DNA of 60,484 nt from a bacterium. GTDB taxonomy: Bacteria > Patescibacteriota > Microgenomatia > UBA12405. Shown here one piece after another: positions 1 through 9,602 of this stretch (the stretch's first letter is position 1; every line of letters starts with the position of its first letter). The stretch lies in NCBI GenBank assembly GCA_021817905.1, contig JAKAFM010000003.1:1-60484 (forward strand). Direction: 5' to 3'. Both the position numbers and the translations under genes were made by a program. The notes under the pieces are model-generated. The model was not told where the DNA came from and did not search any database. It saw only the letters and a program-made list of their open reading frames with translations.

Positions 1-1
1 C

Positions 2-1066
2 ATAAGTTATGGACTTGGAAGTCTAATATGGTGTTATGGTGGAACATTCCAGAGACAATCAGAACTTTCATTCTTAATTTCCTCATATTTTGCCTTATTA
101 TTCCTTTTTTTATTAAAACAATATCAATCACAAAAAATATATTTTTTTCTGGGAATTCTTATTGGCCTATCTGTTGCACTTGACCGGACTTGGACAGTAA
201 TTATTTTCTTAACACTTCCTTTTGTTTATATAAAGTCTACCAATCATAAATATATTTTTTGGTACCTATTCGGACTTCTATTAACAAATTTTCCCTCACT
301 AGTATACTATTATGTAATTTTTAATAATCCTTTTACCTCATCCTTTTCCCATCTAAATGAGTTTCCATTATTTACGTCTTTTAAACAAGCATTCTCGTCA
401 CCTTTGGCTTCTGTCGTAATCAACCTATTTAGTTTTGGACCTATACCAAAATGGGCCACATCACCTTTATTATGGAATCAAAGCCTAAGTAGTGGACATT
501 TAAATTTTTCAGTTAACTATGCAACCACATATCCCTATAAAGGTATTTTTACCCAGTCACCATATTTATATATAGCGATTATTTCATTACTAACAACACT
601 TAGAAAAAGTAATTTTTCCAGACTAGTTATTTTATGTATGGCAGCTATGACATTAGTGTATTCAAAACTTGTGGGCTATTGGAATCCAAACAATTACAAT
701 ACCAGATATTTTTTGCCTATCGTCACCGTACTATCAACGTATTTTCCGCTTTCAATTAGTTACTTAAATTCAAAGATAAAACCACAATACAAATATAGTT
801 TCTACCTTATTTTATTAATTGTAATATCCATATCAATTTATTTTGGATATTCCGCCTTACTTTCAAATTATGGTCCACACATCACCGGGGAACATCGATA
901 TATACCGACTAATAACCTAAATGAACTAATAACTAATCTATTTCCAAATTATCAAAATGCTCTCTTTTTATCTACAATATTTTTACCTTTCTTCCTAATA
1001 ATATGTGCCTATCTCAGTAAAAAATATCACCGCTATCTAAAAACAAGCCAAAATATTTCGCTTTAA
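2..1066 (+). CDS. Polytopic membrane protein, 5'-truncated by the window edge; GT-C (ArnT/PMT-like) glycosyltransferase candidate
   Basis: The frame containing nt 2 is open to TAA 1064-1066; track entry 404..1066 is only the part after an internal TTG. The product is a series of hydrophobic helices. Function is guessed from topology and glycosylation-gene neighbours only. Confidence 0.5.
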   Translation: MSYGLGSLIWCYGGTFQRQSELSFLISSYFALLFLFLLKQYQSQKIYFFLGILIGLSVALDRTWTVIIFLTLPFVYIKSTNHKYIFWYLFGLLLTNFPSLVYYYVIFNNPFTSSFSHLNEFPLFTSFKQAFSSPLASVVINLFSFGPIPKWATSPLLWNQSLSSGHLNFSVNYATTYPYKGIFTQSPYLYIAIISLLTTLRKSNFSRLVILCMAAMTLVYSKLVGYWNPNNYNTRYFLPIVTVLSTYFPLSISYLNSKIKPQYKYSFYLILLIVISISIYFGYSALLSNYGPHITGEHRYIPTNNLNELITNLFPNYQNALFLSTIFLPFFLIICAYLSKKYHRYLKTSQNISL

Positions 1067-2165
1067 ATTTTTCAAAATCAAAAATCAACTTTGCTTTTTT
1101 AGATAATTTTGAATAATCACCATTCAGTACTTTACTGATTTTTTCTGCAAGATCTTGACTATCACCAACTTTGGCAATTTCTCCCATTCCAGTTAATTGT
1201 ACTGGTACTCTCACTCCCGGCAAATCAGATGCTACCACTGGGCATCCGCAAACCATTGCTTCCGCCTGAACCAGCCCAAAAGTTTCCAAATTATTAGTAC
1301 TGGGCAATACCAGGCAGTTACAAATTTTATAAAAATTAACTAAATTTTCGTGTTTTATTGGACCTAACAAAATTATATTTTGATTGAGTTTAATTGCCTG
1401 TATTAATTTTTTTGAACTGGTATCCCCGACAACCTCTTCATACGGTCCAACCAAAATTAATTTTGCCTTTATGTTTTTTTGAATTTGTTCAAATGCTTCA
1501 ACTAAGTATATAAGCCCTTTCTCCCAAGCTATTCTTCCAACATATCCTATTATTTTTTGCTCCTTATCATTGTGAACCAAGCGATTGCGAAGTTGAAGAA
1601 TCTCTTTCTTGCTGCTGATTCCGTTTAAGATCGGAGGCAAAATAATCTCCAGCTTATGTTTAAACATTTTCAAGAATATTGAATGGTCGGCATAATCTTG
1701 GGTATAAGCCACAATTTTGTCAGCCAATAAATAGCTCACAAGATGAAAGGGGAAACTAAGCAGAGCGATTAATTTGTTCGAAAAAGGTCCCTCAAAGTCA
1801 AATTCACAATGATGAGTAATAATTAAACGTTTACCAAGAATTTTTGCCCATCCTGCCACCACTACCGATTCTAACTGTGGTAAATGACAATTAACCACCT
1901 TGCTGGCTTTAACGGCCTTAAACGCGTCAATAATAAAATATGGCATTACTACTCCCTTGCCGATAGTCAATGCCACTTTTGATCTAATAACACTAACTTT
2001 ATTAATCATTTCCCGTTCGTTATTTTTTCCATTAAAGCGAGAAGTTAACACGCATACCTGAAAATGATCAGTCATGCTCTCTGCCAAAAGTTGTACATAA
2101 ATACTCACCCCAGAAATGTTGGGGGCGTAATAAGTACAACTAATTAATAGGTTATCTTTGTGCAT
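1014..2165 (-). CDS. Glycosyltransferase, GT-B fold, family 4 (Glycos_transf_1-like)
   Basis: 383 aa from ATG 2165 (track start 2192 is TTG). C-terminal motif region NNLETFGLVQAEAMVCGCPVVASDLPG is typical of group-1 glycosyltransferases. A TAGAAT box lies 8 nt upstream of the ATG. Confidence 0.85.
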   Translation of the reverse strand: MHKDNLLISCTYYAPNISGVSIYVQLLAESMTDHFQVCVLTSRFNGKNNEREMINKVSVIRSKVALTIGKGVVMPYFIIDAFKAVKASKVVNCHLPQLESVVVAGWAKILGKRLIITHHCEFDFEGPFSNKLIALLSFPFHLVSYLLADKIVAYTQDYADHSIFLKMFKHKLEIILPPILNGISSKKEILQLRNRLVHNDKEQKIIGYVGRIAWEKGLIYLVEAFEQIQKNIKAKLILVGPYEEVVGDTSSKKLIQAIKLNQNIILLGPIKHENLVNFYKICNCLVLPSTNNLETFGLVQAEAMVCGCPVVASDLPGVRVPVQLTGMGEIAKVGDSQDLAEKISKVLNGDYSKLSKKAKLIFDFEKFKAKYFGLFLDSGDIFY

Positions 2166-2169
2166 TCTG

Positions 2170-2175
2170 TATAAT
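2170..2175 (+). promoter_or_regulatory. -10 box TATAAT, 9 nt upstream of the PAP2 ATG (2185)
   Basis: Exact TATAAT preceded by TG. It overlaps the minus-strand -10 box of the divergent GT4 gene. Confidence 0.45.
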
Positions 2176-2179
2176 TCTA
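2174..2179 (-). promoter_or_regulatory. -10 box TAGAAT (minus strand), 8 nt upstream of the GT4 ATG (2165)
   Basis: The reverse complement of ATTCTA 2174-2179 reads TAGAAT. The two divergent start codons are separated by only 19 bp. Confidence 0.4.
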
Positions 2180-2184
2180 TCAGC

Positions 2185-2754
2185 ATGAACAACAGGGGAA
2201 TACTTTTTTGGCAGCCACGACATGACTATCTTCGTAGTTTATCCCGTACGCTCTGGGGCAAAAAAACACTAGTCGTACTTAACTACCTCATCTGGTTCTA
2301 CCTATTTTATGTTTCTTACCAACTCATAAAAACTGATGCTAATATATTTTGGCAAATAGCCACCGCCTGCATTATAGCTGAAGTAATTGAGAGGTTACTT
2401 AAAGCTAAAATTTTCTGGAAGCGACCATTGTTTGAACACAGAGATCAGATTCCTCCCGGCTTAGTCAAAAAATGGTACCAGACCGGATCGTTCCCTTCAG
2501 GCCATACCTCCAAGGCTGTTTTTTTCTTTCTCTTTATTCTTCACTATCACGTTATGAGCCCAATTATATATTTACTCATTACCATCCCACTTTTATTATT
2601 TCGTGTTTTAGTTGGATTTCACTATCCGATTGATATGCTCGGAGGGTTAATCGTCGGTGTTACTTCCTGGTTAGTTGTTTATCAGCTCACTTTTCCTAGA
2701 TTTTTGATAGAATCTATTCACAAAATTTTTAATTTTGTTTTCTTCATTCATTAG
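2185..2754 (+). CDS. PAP2-family membrane phosphatase (undecaprenyl-diphosphatase / lipid phosphatase type)
   Basis: 189 aa from ATG 2185. Carries the three acid-phosphatase motifs KRPLFEH, PSGHTS and FHYPIDMLGG, plus multiple TM helices. Confidence 0.85.
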   Translation: MNNRGILFWQPRHDYLRSLSRTLWGKKTLVVLNYLIWFYLFYVSYQLIKTDANIFWQIATACIIAEVIERLLKAKIFWKRPLFEHRDQIPPGLVKKWYQTGSFPSGHTSKAVFFFLFILHYHVMSPIIYLLITIPLLLFRVLVGFHYPIDMLGGLIVGVTSWLVVYQLTFPRFLIESIHKIFNFVFFIH

Positions 2755-2785
2755 TATTTTTTCACTTTCAACTTTAGATTTATTT

Positions 2786-4864
2786 ATGTTTGCTGACCTA
2801 AAATATATCATCCTCTGGTGGCTATGTGTTTCTGGAATTGGCCTTGTTACGCTCCCAACCATAACGTATATTTTTCGATCATTTTGGGATAAAGGTTATA
2901 TCTTTTCCAAGATAGTTGCCTTGGGACTTACTACTTACATAATTTTAGTCCTTGGCGTTTTTAAACTGGTTCCCTTTACTTCCTATGCTACTTTGGCTAT
3001 TCTCGCCATACTAGCGATAGTCCAGTATTTTATCTATAAAAAAAATAACTATTGGCCAACGTTTCAAAAAATAATCAAAGAAAAATTACCGATATTTATA
3101 GCCGAAGAACTTCTTTTTTTGCTTATCCTCACTGCTTGGTCATTTGTTCGCGGCTTTGCTCCAGACATTGAAGGTCTGGAAAAATTTATGGATTGGGGGT
3201 TCGTCAATTCCGCCTTGCGGAGTCATTTTCTTCCTCCAGCGGACATGTGGTTTGCAGGGCAACCTATAAATTATTATTACTTTGGTCACGTTATCTTTGC
3301 CCTACTTACTAAACTTTCAAACATCCCCTCAACAATTACCTACAACTTAAGTATCGCTCTTGTTTGTGCTTTGACTTTCGTTAGTGCTTTTTCCTTAAGT
3401 TCAAACTTAGTCTACCTTTTTCTAAAAGAATCCCGACCAAAAATAAAGCCCTCAGTTTTCAGTTATCTTTTAGCCGGACTATTGTCAGCACTGTTGTTGA
3501 CGTTTGGCGGCAACCTACATACGGTATACAAAATATCAACCATTAACGCCAAAAACAATAACGGTAAGATTGTTTTTACTCTCAAAGCCTATCAACAAGC
3601 AGCTGCCTCGTATTGGTATCCCGATGCTACCCGTTTTATCGGCTTTGATCCTGATGTCAAAGATAAAACCATTCATGAATTTCCAGTTTACAGCTTTGTT
3701 GTTGCTGATCTCCATGGCCACATGAACGATATCCCAGTCATACTTTTTGTTGTTGCCTTTTTATTATCTGTCGCTATTTCTAAGCCCACAAAAAAACTTA
3801 TTGTTTGGGAGATGGTTGTTCCTTTAGCTTTAGCCTTATCAATTGCCTATATGACCAATGCTTGGGACTTTGCTGTCTACGGGTTAGTCTATGCTGTTAC
3901 GACTTTTATGGTCACTCGTTCGATTCCCAAGACGGTAGTTAACGGTTTACTGGTGATTTTTTGCTGGTATTTTTTCACGCTCCCTTATAGTCTAAATTTT
4001 ACACCGATGGCTGGCGGCCTACGCCTGGACGATATGCATTCACCTTTTTACCAACTTTTTGTTCTGTACGGCGGTTTCTGGATAATTGTTATCCCTTTTG
4101 TCTTGTTTTTTATTAAAAGACTTCTTGCTAAAGGTAAACTTACTACTATCGACTTTTTCGTATTTGGCATTATTTTGACAGCTACGATACTGATCATTCT
4201 TCCTGAAATTGGCTACGTCAAAGACATTTACATCTATGAACATCGTCGCGCCAATACTATGTTCAAATTAGTCTATGAAGCTTTTATCCTCTATTCACTT
4301 GTTGCCGGATTTGTTCTAATTCGTTTTCGCGACAAAATAGTCTACAAACTATTATTTATGTTGGTCTTTATTATTCATCTGATCTACCCATATTTTGCCA
4401 TCAAATCATATTACGGAGACCTGAAAACCTACAAAGGACTATATGGGTTTAACTTTATTAAGGATCGTTATCCCGATAATTTTGCCGCTATCGAATGGAT
4501 CCAAAAAAATATTCCTGGTCAACCGGTTATGCTTGAAGCTGTCGGCGACAGCTATACTGATTATAACCAAGTTTCCATGAGTACTGGATTACCTACTGTT
4601 GAAGGTTGGATTGTTCACGAATGGTTGTGGCGCGATGGCTATGATAAGCCTGCTGCTAGGCAAGCCGATGTTCTTAAGATCTATACTTCCAACGATATCA
4701 ATGAAGTACGGGCACTTTTGCAAAAATATTCTGTCGACTACATCTTTGTTGGCGCCAAGGAATACGAAAAATATCCCTTAATTAACGAAAAGAACTTTAC
4801 AGACTTAGGTGCTACCATTGTCTTTGAGTCGGGCAAAACCAAGATATATAAACTTCCAAAATAA
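2786..4864 (+). CDS. DUF2298 / chlor_Arch_YYY-type large polytopic membrane protein (GT-C-like)
   Basis: 692 aa from ATG 2786, the first ATG after the PAP2 stop. Many TM helices. The signature QPINYYYFGH matches the YYY-domain family as I recall it. Soluble C-terminal domain. TAGATT lies 5 nt upstream of the ATG. Confidence 0.75.
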   Translation: MFADLKYIILWWLCVSGIGLVTLPTITYIFRSFWDKGYIFSKIVALGLTTYIILVLGVFKLVPFTSYATLAILAILAIVQYFIYKKNNYWPTFQKIIKEKLPIFIAEELLFLLILTAWSFVRGFAPDIEGLEKFMDWGFVNSALRSHFLPPADMWFAGQPINYYYFGHVIFALLTKLSNIPSTITYNLSIALVCALTFVSAFSLSSNLVYLFLKESRPKIKPSVFSYLLAGLLSALLLTFGGNLHTVYKISTINAKNNNGKIVFTLKAYQQAAASYWYPDATRFIGFDPDVKDKTIHEFPVYSFVVADLHGHMNDIPVILFVVAFLLSVAISKPTKKLIVWEMVVPLALALSIAYMTNAWDFAVYGLVYAVTTFMVTRSIPKTVVNGLLVIFCWYFFTLPYSLNFTPMAGGLRLDDMHSPFYQLFVLYGGFWIIVIPFVLFFIKRLLAKGKLTTIDFFVFGIILTATILIILPEIGYVKDIYIYEHRRANTMFKLVYEAFILYSLVAGFVLIRFRDKIVYKLLFMLVFIIHLIYPYFAIKSYYGDLKTYKGLYGFNFIKDRYPDNFAAIEWIQKNIPGQPVMLEAVGDSYTDYNQVSMSTGLPTVEGWIVHEWLWRDGYDKPAARQADVLKIYTSNDINEVRALLQKYSVDYIFVGAKEYEKYPLINEKNFTDLGATIVFESGKTKIYKLPK

Positions 4865-4866
4865 GG

Positions 4867-4872
4867 TATCAT
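4867..4872 (+). promoter_or_regulatory. -10 box TATCAT exactly 6 nt upstream of ATG 4879 (leaderless-type)
   Basis: The sequence ggTATCATcattaaATG lies directly after the upstream stop codon. Confidence 0.45.
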
Positions 4873-4878
4873 CATTAA

Positions 4879-6768
4879 ATGTCCGATATCTTATCTGGTC
4901 TTAATCCCATCCAAACCCAAGCCGTTACTTACACGGGTTCACCTCTTTTACTGTTGGCTGGAGCTGGCTCGGGAAAAACTCGCGTTTTGACCCATCGAGC
5001 TGCTTGGTTTGTTAAGCAAAACCTAGCCACCGCCAATGAAATTTTACTCCTAACTTTTACCAACAAAGCTGCCGGTGAAATGAAAGAGCGAATGATTAAA
5101 TTACTAGGCGATACTTCCAAAAACACTCAACCTTTTGCTGGTACATTTCACTCTTTCTGTTGTCGCGTCCTGCGCACCGATGGTGCTCATCTTGGCGTTG
5201 CCCCCAATTTTGTTATCTATGACAGTGATGATCAAGAGAACGTTCTCAAATCCGTTATCCTTGATCTTGATTTAACCACCAAAGAATTTAAACCATCATC
5301 GGTTATGTATTTTATTGAAAATGCCAAAAATAATAATCAGTCTCCAAAAGAGATGAAAGAATTTGCCCATGGCTTCTGGCAAGAAATGTGTTGCCGTATT
5401 TTTGACGTTTATCAAAAAAGACTTGGGCAACTCGACGCTCTCGATTTTAACGACTTATTAGGAAAAACAGTCGAACTTTTTATTCAATTTCCAGATATTT
5501 TATCTAAATATCAACAACACTACAAATATATCCTTATCGATGAATATCAAGACACTAATCAAGTTCAATACCTACTCACCAAGTTATTAGCCAGAACGCA
5601 CCAAAATATTACCGCTGTTGGCGATGCTTCTCAGGCAATTTACGGATGGCGCGGAGCAAATTTCAAAAACCTAATTAGTTTTGCTGCTGATTTTACCAAT
5701 ACTAAAATAATAAATCTTGAAGAGAACTACCGTTCGACTCAAATAATTTTGGATGCCGCCAATGCGGTTATTATTAAAAACACCTCTCATCCTGTCCTTA
5801 AACTTTTCACCAAAAAAAAATCATCAGACAAAATTAAAATATTTGAATCCGAATCCGAAATTGGTGAAGCCGAATTTATCGCTGATAAAATCAAATTTTT
5901 GGAAAGCAATCTTCATATCCCATTTCACCAAATGGCCATACTCTATCGCATGAATGCCCAATCACGGGCGCTCGAGGAAGCTTTACTTAAACAAAGTATC
6001 CCTTATGTTCTCATTGGCGGAACCCGATTTTATGACCGTGCCGAAATTAAAGATGTTGTTGCCATGCTCCGTCTCGCTATTAATCCCAAAGATAAAGTTG
6101 CCTTTGATCGGATCAGCAAAACACTTGGTAAACGTCGATCTGCTCAATTCACCGCTTATTTAGAGAAATTTGAAATTAGCAGTTTAACTTCTCTCCAAGT
6201 CCTAGAATCCATAGTTGTTAATTCTGGCTATTTGGAAAAATTCGATCTTAAGGACGAAGAAGACCAGCGCCGGGTGGAAAATATTAAAGAACTCAAATCT
6301 GTTGCCACTCTGCACCCAGCCGTAAATGATTTGTTGGAAAATATTGCTCTCGTCCAAAATGAATATAGTCAACAGGAAAAAAATAAAAAAAACAAAGACG
6401 CAAAAATTGGAGTTCGATTAATGACACTTCATGCTTCCAAAGGCTTGGAGTTCGAAGTTGTCTTTCTGGCTGGATTCGAGGAGGGGATTCTGCCCCACTC
6501 TCGTTGTTTAGTTGATGAATCGCAAGTCGAAGAAGAGCGCCGACTTTGCTATGTCGGTATTACCCGTGCCAAGGATTATCTTTTCATTTCCTACGCCAAA
6601 GAGCGTCTTTATTTTGGCAAAAGTAGCCTAAATGAACCCTCCCGTTTTCTGGCCGACATTCCTGAGCATCTGGTTGAATATGAAACCAGTGGTTTGATCT
6701 TACGCGACTATCGCCGTTCTAAAAATAAAGTTAATGATGATTTCGTCTACGACCCGGATATATACTAA
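4879..6768 (+). CDS. pcrA: SF1A DNA helicase, UvrD/PcrA family
   Basis: Contains Walker A GAGSGKT, DEYQDTN, NYRST, TLHASKGLEF and VGITRAK helicase motifs. At 629 aa it is shorter than the roughly 720-aa E. coli UvrD / Bacillus PcrA. Confidence 0.9.
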   Translation: MSDILSGLNPIQTQAVTYTGSPLLLLAGAGSGKTRVLTHRAAWFVKQNLATANEILLLTFTNKAAGEMKERMIKLLGDTSKNTQPFAGTFHSFCCRVLRTDGAHLGVAPNFVIYDSDDQENVLKSVILDLDLTTKEFKPSSVMYFIENAKNNNQSPKEMKEFAHGFWQEMCCRIFDVYQKRLGQLDALDFNDLLGKTVELFIQFPDILSKYQQHYKYILIDEYQDTNQVQYLLTKLLARTHQNITAVGDASQAIYGWRGANFKNLISFAADFTNTKIINLEENYRSTQIILDAANAVIIKNTSHPVLKLFTKKKSSDKIKIFESESEIGEAEFIADKIKFLESNLHIPFHQMAILYRMNAQSRALEEALLKQSIPYVLIGGTRFYDRAEIKDVVAMLRLAINPKDKVAFDRISKTLGKRRSAQFTAYLEKFEISSLTSLQVLESIVVNSGYLEKFDLKDEEDQRRVENIKELKSVATLHPAVNDLLENIALVQNEYSQQEKNKKNKDAKIGVRLMTLHASKGLEFEVVFLAGFEEGILPHSRCLVDESQVEEERRLCYVGITRAKDYLFISYAKERLYFGKSSLNEPSRFLADIPEHLVEYETSGLILRDYRRSKNKVNDDFVYDPDIY

Positions 6769-6786
6769 AGAGAATAGTTAATTTCC

Positions 6787-6795
6787 TGTTACAAT
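6787..6795 (+). promoter_or_regulatory. Extended -10 box TGTTACAAT, 5 nt upstream of GTG 6801
   Basis: TGnTAnAAT-type motif; the same 9-mer recurs at 40983 and 58308. Confidence 0.45.
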
Positions 6796-6800
6796 TCAAT

Positions 6801-7835
6801 GTGATTACCCGCATTCTTTACAACGAAGAAAAGGATCAATATAACTCAGTTATTACCCACCCAATCCAGAGCTGGGAATGGGGTGATTTTTTAACCGGCG
6901 AAGGACACAAAGTATACCGCTTGGGAATATTTGAAAACAACAAAATAATCGGTGGCTATTCACTTAATTTTCACACCATCCCTAAAACTAATTTTAAAAT
7001 CGGAGTTTTTCAAAAAGGTCCCCGTGTTGACCAGGAAATGATCAACAATGTTACTCGCATAAGTCATCAAGAAAATGCCTTATTTGTCAAATTTGAGCCC
7101 GAAGTTATTCAAAAAACCTATGACGAGTTTAGCAATGAAACTAATCATAATATTCCCATGGATTTTCCCAACATGGTCATTTCGCCAAAGGTTGCTTTTT
7201 ATCCCTTTACTTACCTTGTAAACCTAACCAAAAGTGAAGATCAGTTATTAGAAAACATGCACACCAAAACCCGGTACAACATAAAAGTTGCCAATCGCCA
7301 TAATGTCCAGATCGTTGAAATGACCAACGACGCCGGTTTTGAGATTTATTTAAAATTACTCTTTGATACAACTAAGCGTCAGGGATTTTATCTCCATTCA
7401 ACCAACTACCATCGCCATCTTTGGGAGATTTTAAAGAAAACCTCAATTCCACACATAATGCTTGCCCAGTACAATGGTCAAACGCTTTCTGCCTTTATGA
7501 TCTTTACCTACAAAAACCGGCTTTTTTATCCTTATGGTGCTTCGCTTGACGTTCATCGCGAAACAATGGCTTCGACCTTATTAATGTGGGAAACCATCAA
7601 AATGGGTAAAAAACTTGGCTGTACTCAATTCGATATGTGGGGAAGTCTTGGTCCTAAAGCTCACGAAAGTGAAAATGGCTATGGCTTTCACCGCTTCAAA
7701 CAAGGTTTTGGCGGTCAGCTTGTTCAATTTGTTGGTAGTTATGATTTAGTTATCGACCAACCAAAATATCAAATTTACAATTTAGTTGACAAATACCGCT
7801 GGAAATTCCTCCATTTAAAAGCTAAAATCCTTTAG
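6801..7835 (+). CDS. FemAB-family aminoacyl-tRNA-dependent peptidoglycan peptidyltransferase
   Basis: 344 aa with a GTG start. The pattern SWEWGDF...KGP...KTRYNIK...YPYGAS...FDMWG...GFHRFKQGFGG follows the FemX/FemAB layout. Confidence 0.8.
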   Translation: MITRILYNEEKDQYNSVITHPIQSWEWGDFLTGEGHKVYRLGIFENNKIIGGYSLNFHTIPKTNFKIGVFQKGPRVDQEMINNVTRISHQENALFVKFEPEVIQKTYDEFSNETNHNIPMDFPNMVISPKVAFYPFTYLVNLTKSEDQLLENMHTKTRYNIKVANRHNVQIVEMTNDAGFEIYLKLLFDTTKRQGFYLHSTNYHRHLWEILKKTSIPHIMLAQYNGQTLSAFMIFTYKNRLFYPYGASLDVHRETMASTLLMWETIKMGKKLGCTQFDMWGSLGPKAHESENGYGFHRFKQGFGGQLVQFVGSYDLVIDQPKYQIYNLVDKYRWKFLHLKAKIL

Positions 7836-7838
7836 TTT

Positions 7839-8135
7839 ATGCAACAAAAAATTTCACTCGTTGAGCTTCAACATCTTTCTAAACTGGCTCGACTTAAACT
7901 AACTTCCCTTGAAGAACAAACGTATCTACCACAGATTGAGTCGGTTTTAGAATATATGGATATCCTTAATGAGACCGATACTACTTCTATAGAACCTTTA
8001 ACCCAAATTACCGGTTTAAAAAACATAACCAGAAACGACGAAATTAAACCTTCTCTTGATCGTTCAAACGCCTTATCATCGGCTTCCAAAACCACAAATG
8101 GTTTTGTGGTTGTTCCCAATACTATTAAAAAATAA
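7839..8135 (+). CDS. gatC: Asp/Glu-tRNA amidotransferase subunit C
   Basis: 98 aa. Has a GatC-like N-terminus (VELQHLSKLARLKLTSLEE...) and lies immediately upstream of gatA. Confidence 0.9.
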   Translation: MQQKISLVELQHLSKLARLKLTSLEEQTYLPQIESVLEYMDILNETDTTSIEPLTQITGLKNITRNDEIKPSLDRSNALSSASKTTNGFVVVPNTIKK

Positions 8136-9602
8136 ATGCTCGATATTACCACTCTAACTATTTCCGACTGTCACGACTTGCTCGTCAATAAAAAAATTAC
8201 TGCGGTGGAAATTGTCACTAGTTATTTAGATCGTATAAGAAAATATGACCCGGAAATTAAAGCCTTTATTACTGTCACTAATGACTTAGCTCTTGCCTCC
8301 GCCCGAGTTCTCGATAAAAAAATTGCCTCCGGACAACCTGTCGGACAACTTGCTGGTTCGGTTATGGCGGTAAAAGATATTTTCTTAACAGCAGGAATCG
8401 AAACAACATCGGGTTCACAGCTTCTAAAAGGTTATATTCCTCAATATTCTTCTACTGTCTATCAGCGACTTTTAGACGAAGATGCCATTTTAGTTGGCAA
8501 AACCAACACCGACACCTTTGCCTTCGGAGGTTCAACTGAAAATTCTGGTTATTTTACTACTCACAACCCTTGGAATACCGATCTCGTTCCTGGAGGGTCT
8601 TCGGGTGGCTCGGCCGCGGCTCTATCAGCCAGTTTGTGTACTTTCTCTTTAGGTACTGACACTGGTGGTTCTATTCGCCAACCGGCTTCTTTATGTGGCA
8701 TTACCGGTATTAAGCCAACCTATGGTCGCAATTCGCGATACGGTATTACCGCTATGGCCTCATCATTTGATTGCCCTGGTGCATTTGCCAAAAATGCTGC
8801 CGATCTGGCTTTAGTAACAAAAATTATGGCCGGCGCCGACATTCATGACGCTACTTCGTCACCTGTCACGGTTGCTGATTATTCCCAAGAATTAAACGCT
8901 CAGACATTATCAGGTCTAAAAATAGGTCTTCCTAAGGAATATTTTGGCATGGGTATCGATGATGAAGTGAAACAGAGAATTTTAGACACTGCTGAATTTT
9001 TCAAAAAAAATGGAGCCGAAATTATTGACATCTCTTTACCAAATACCAAATTAGGTATCGCAGTCTACTATATTCTGGTTCCCAGTGAAATTTCATCCAA
9101 TATGGCTCGCTATGATGGAATTCGTTTTGGTCAAAGCCAAAAAGGTATCGATGATCTTCTCCAATATTATCTAGACACCAGAGGGGAATTTATGGAGCCA
9201 GAAATCAAACGTCGTGTTCTCATTGGCACCTACGCCTTATCTTCAGGTTATTATGACGCCTATTACACCAAAGCCTCAAAAGTCAGAATGATTATTAAAA
9301 ATGAATTTATTGATGCTTACAAAAAAGTTGATGTCATCTTAACTCCTGTCTCGCCTACTACTGCTTGGCCGATTGGTGAAAAATCCAATGATCCTTTGGC
9401 GATGTATTTAAGCGACGTTTTCACTGTTTGTGTCAATGTCGCCGGACTGCCATCAATTGCCTTACCGTGTGGTTTTGATTCCAAGAATCTTCCTATTGGC
9501 TTCCAGTTGATAGGTAATTATTTTGAAGAATCAAAACTCTTTTCAATTGCTCATCAATATCAAAAACTAACCAATTATCACCTTCAAGCCCCAAAAATAT
9601 GA
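8136..9602 (+). CDS. gatA: Asp/Glu-tRNA amidotransferase subunit A
   Basis: Contains the amidase signature GGSSGGSAAALSA and GTDTGGSIRQPA. The start abuts the gatC stop. Confidence 0.95.
   Translation: MLDITTLTISDCHDLLVNKKITAVEIVTSYLDRIRKYDPEIKAFITVTNDLALASARVLDKKIASGQPVGQLAGSVMAVKDIFLTAGIETTSGSQLLKGYIPQYSSTVYQRLLDEDAILVGKTNTDTFAFGGSTENSGYFTTHNPWNTDLVPGGSSGGSAAALSASLCTFSLGTDTGGSIRQPASLCGITGIKPTYGRNSRYGITAMASSFDCPGAFAKNAADLALVTKIMAGADIHDATSSPVTVADYSQELNAQTLSGLKIGLPKEYFGMGIDDEVKQRILDTAEFFKKNGAEIIDISLPNTKLGIAVYYILVPSEISSNMARYDGIRFGQSQKGIDDLLQYYLDTRGEFMEPEIKRRVLIGTYALSSGYYDAYYTKASKVRMIIKNEFIDAYKKVDVILTPVSPTTAWPIGEKSNDPLAMYLSDVFTVCVNVAGLPSIALPCGFDSKNLPIGFQLIGNYFEESKLFSIAHQYQKLTNYHLQAPKI

Noticed and set aside
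5815-5823. Homopolymeric A9 runs inside coding regions (pcrA about 5815-5823; ruvX about 41294-41302) as programmed slippage/frameshift sites.
   Set aside because: Both ORFs read through in frame to conserved C-termini, no alternative-frame product of meaningful length follows, and such runs are expected in AT-rich genomes.
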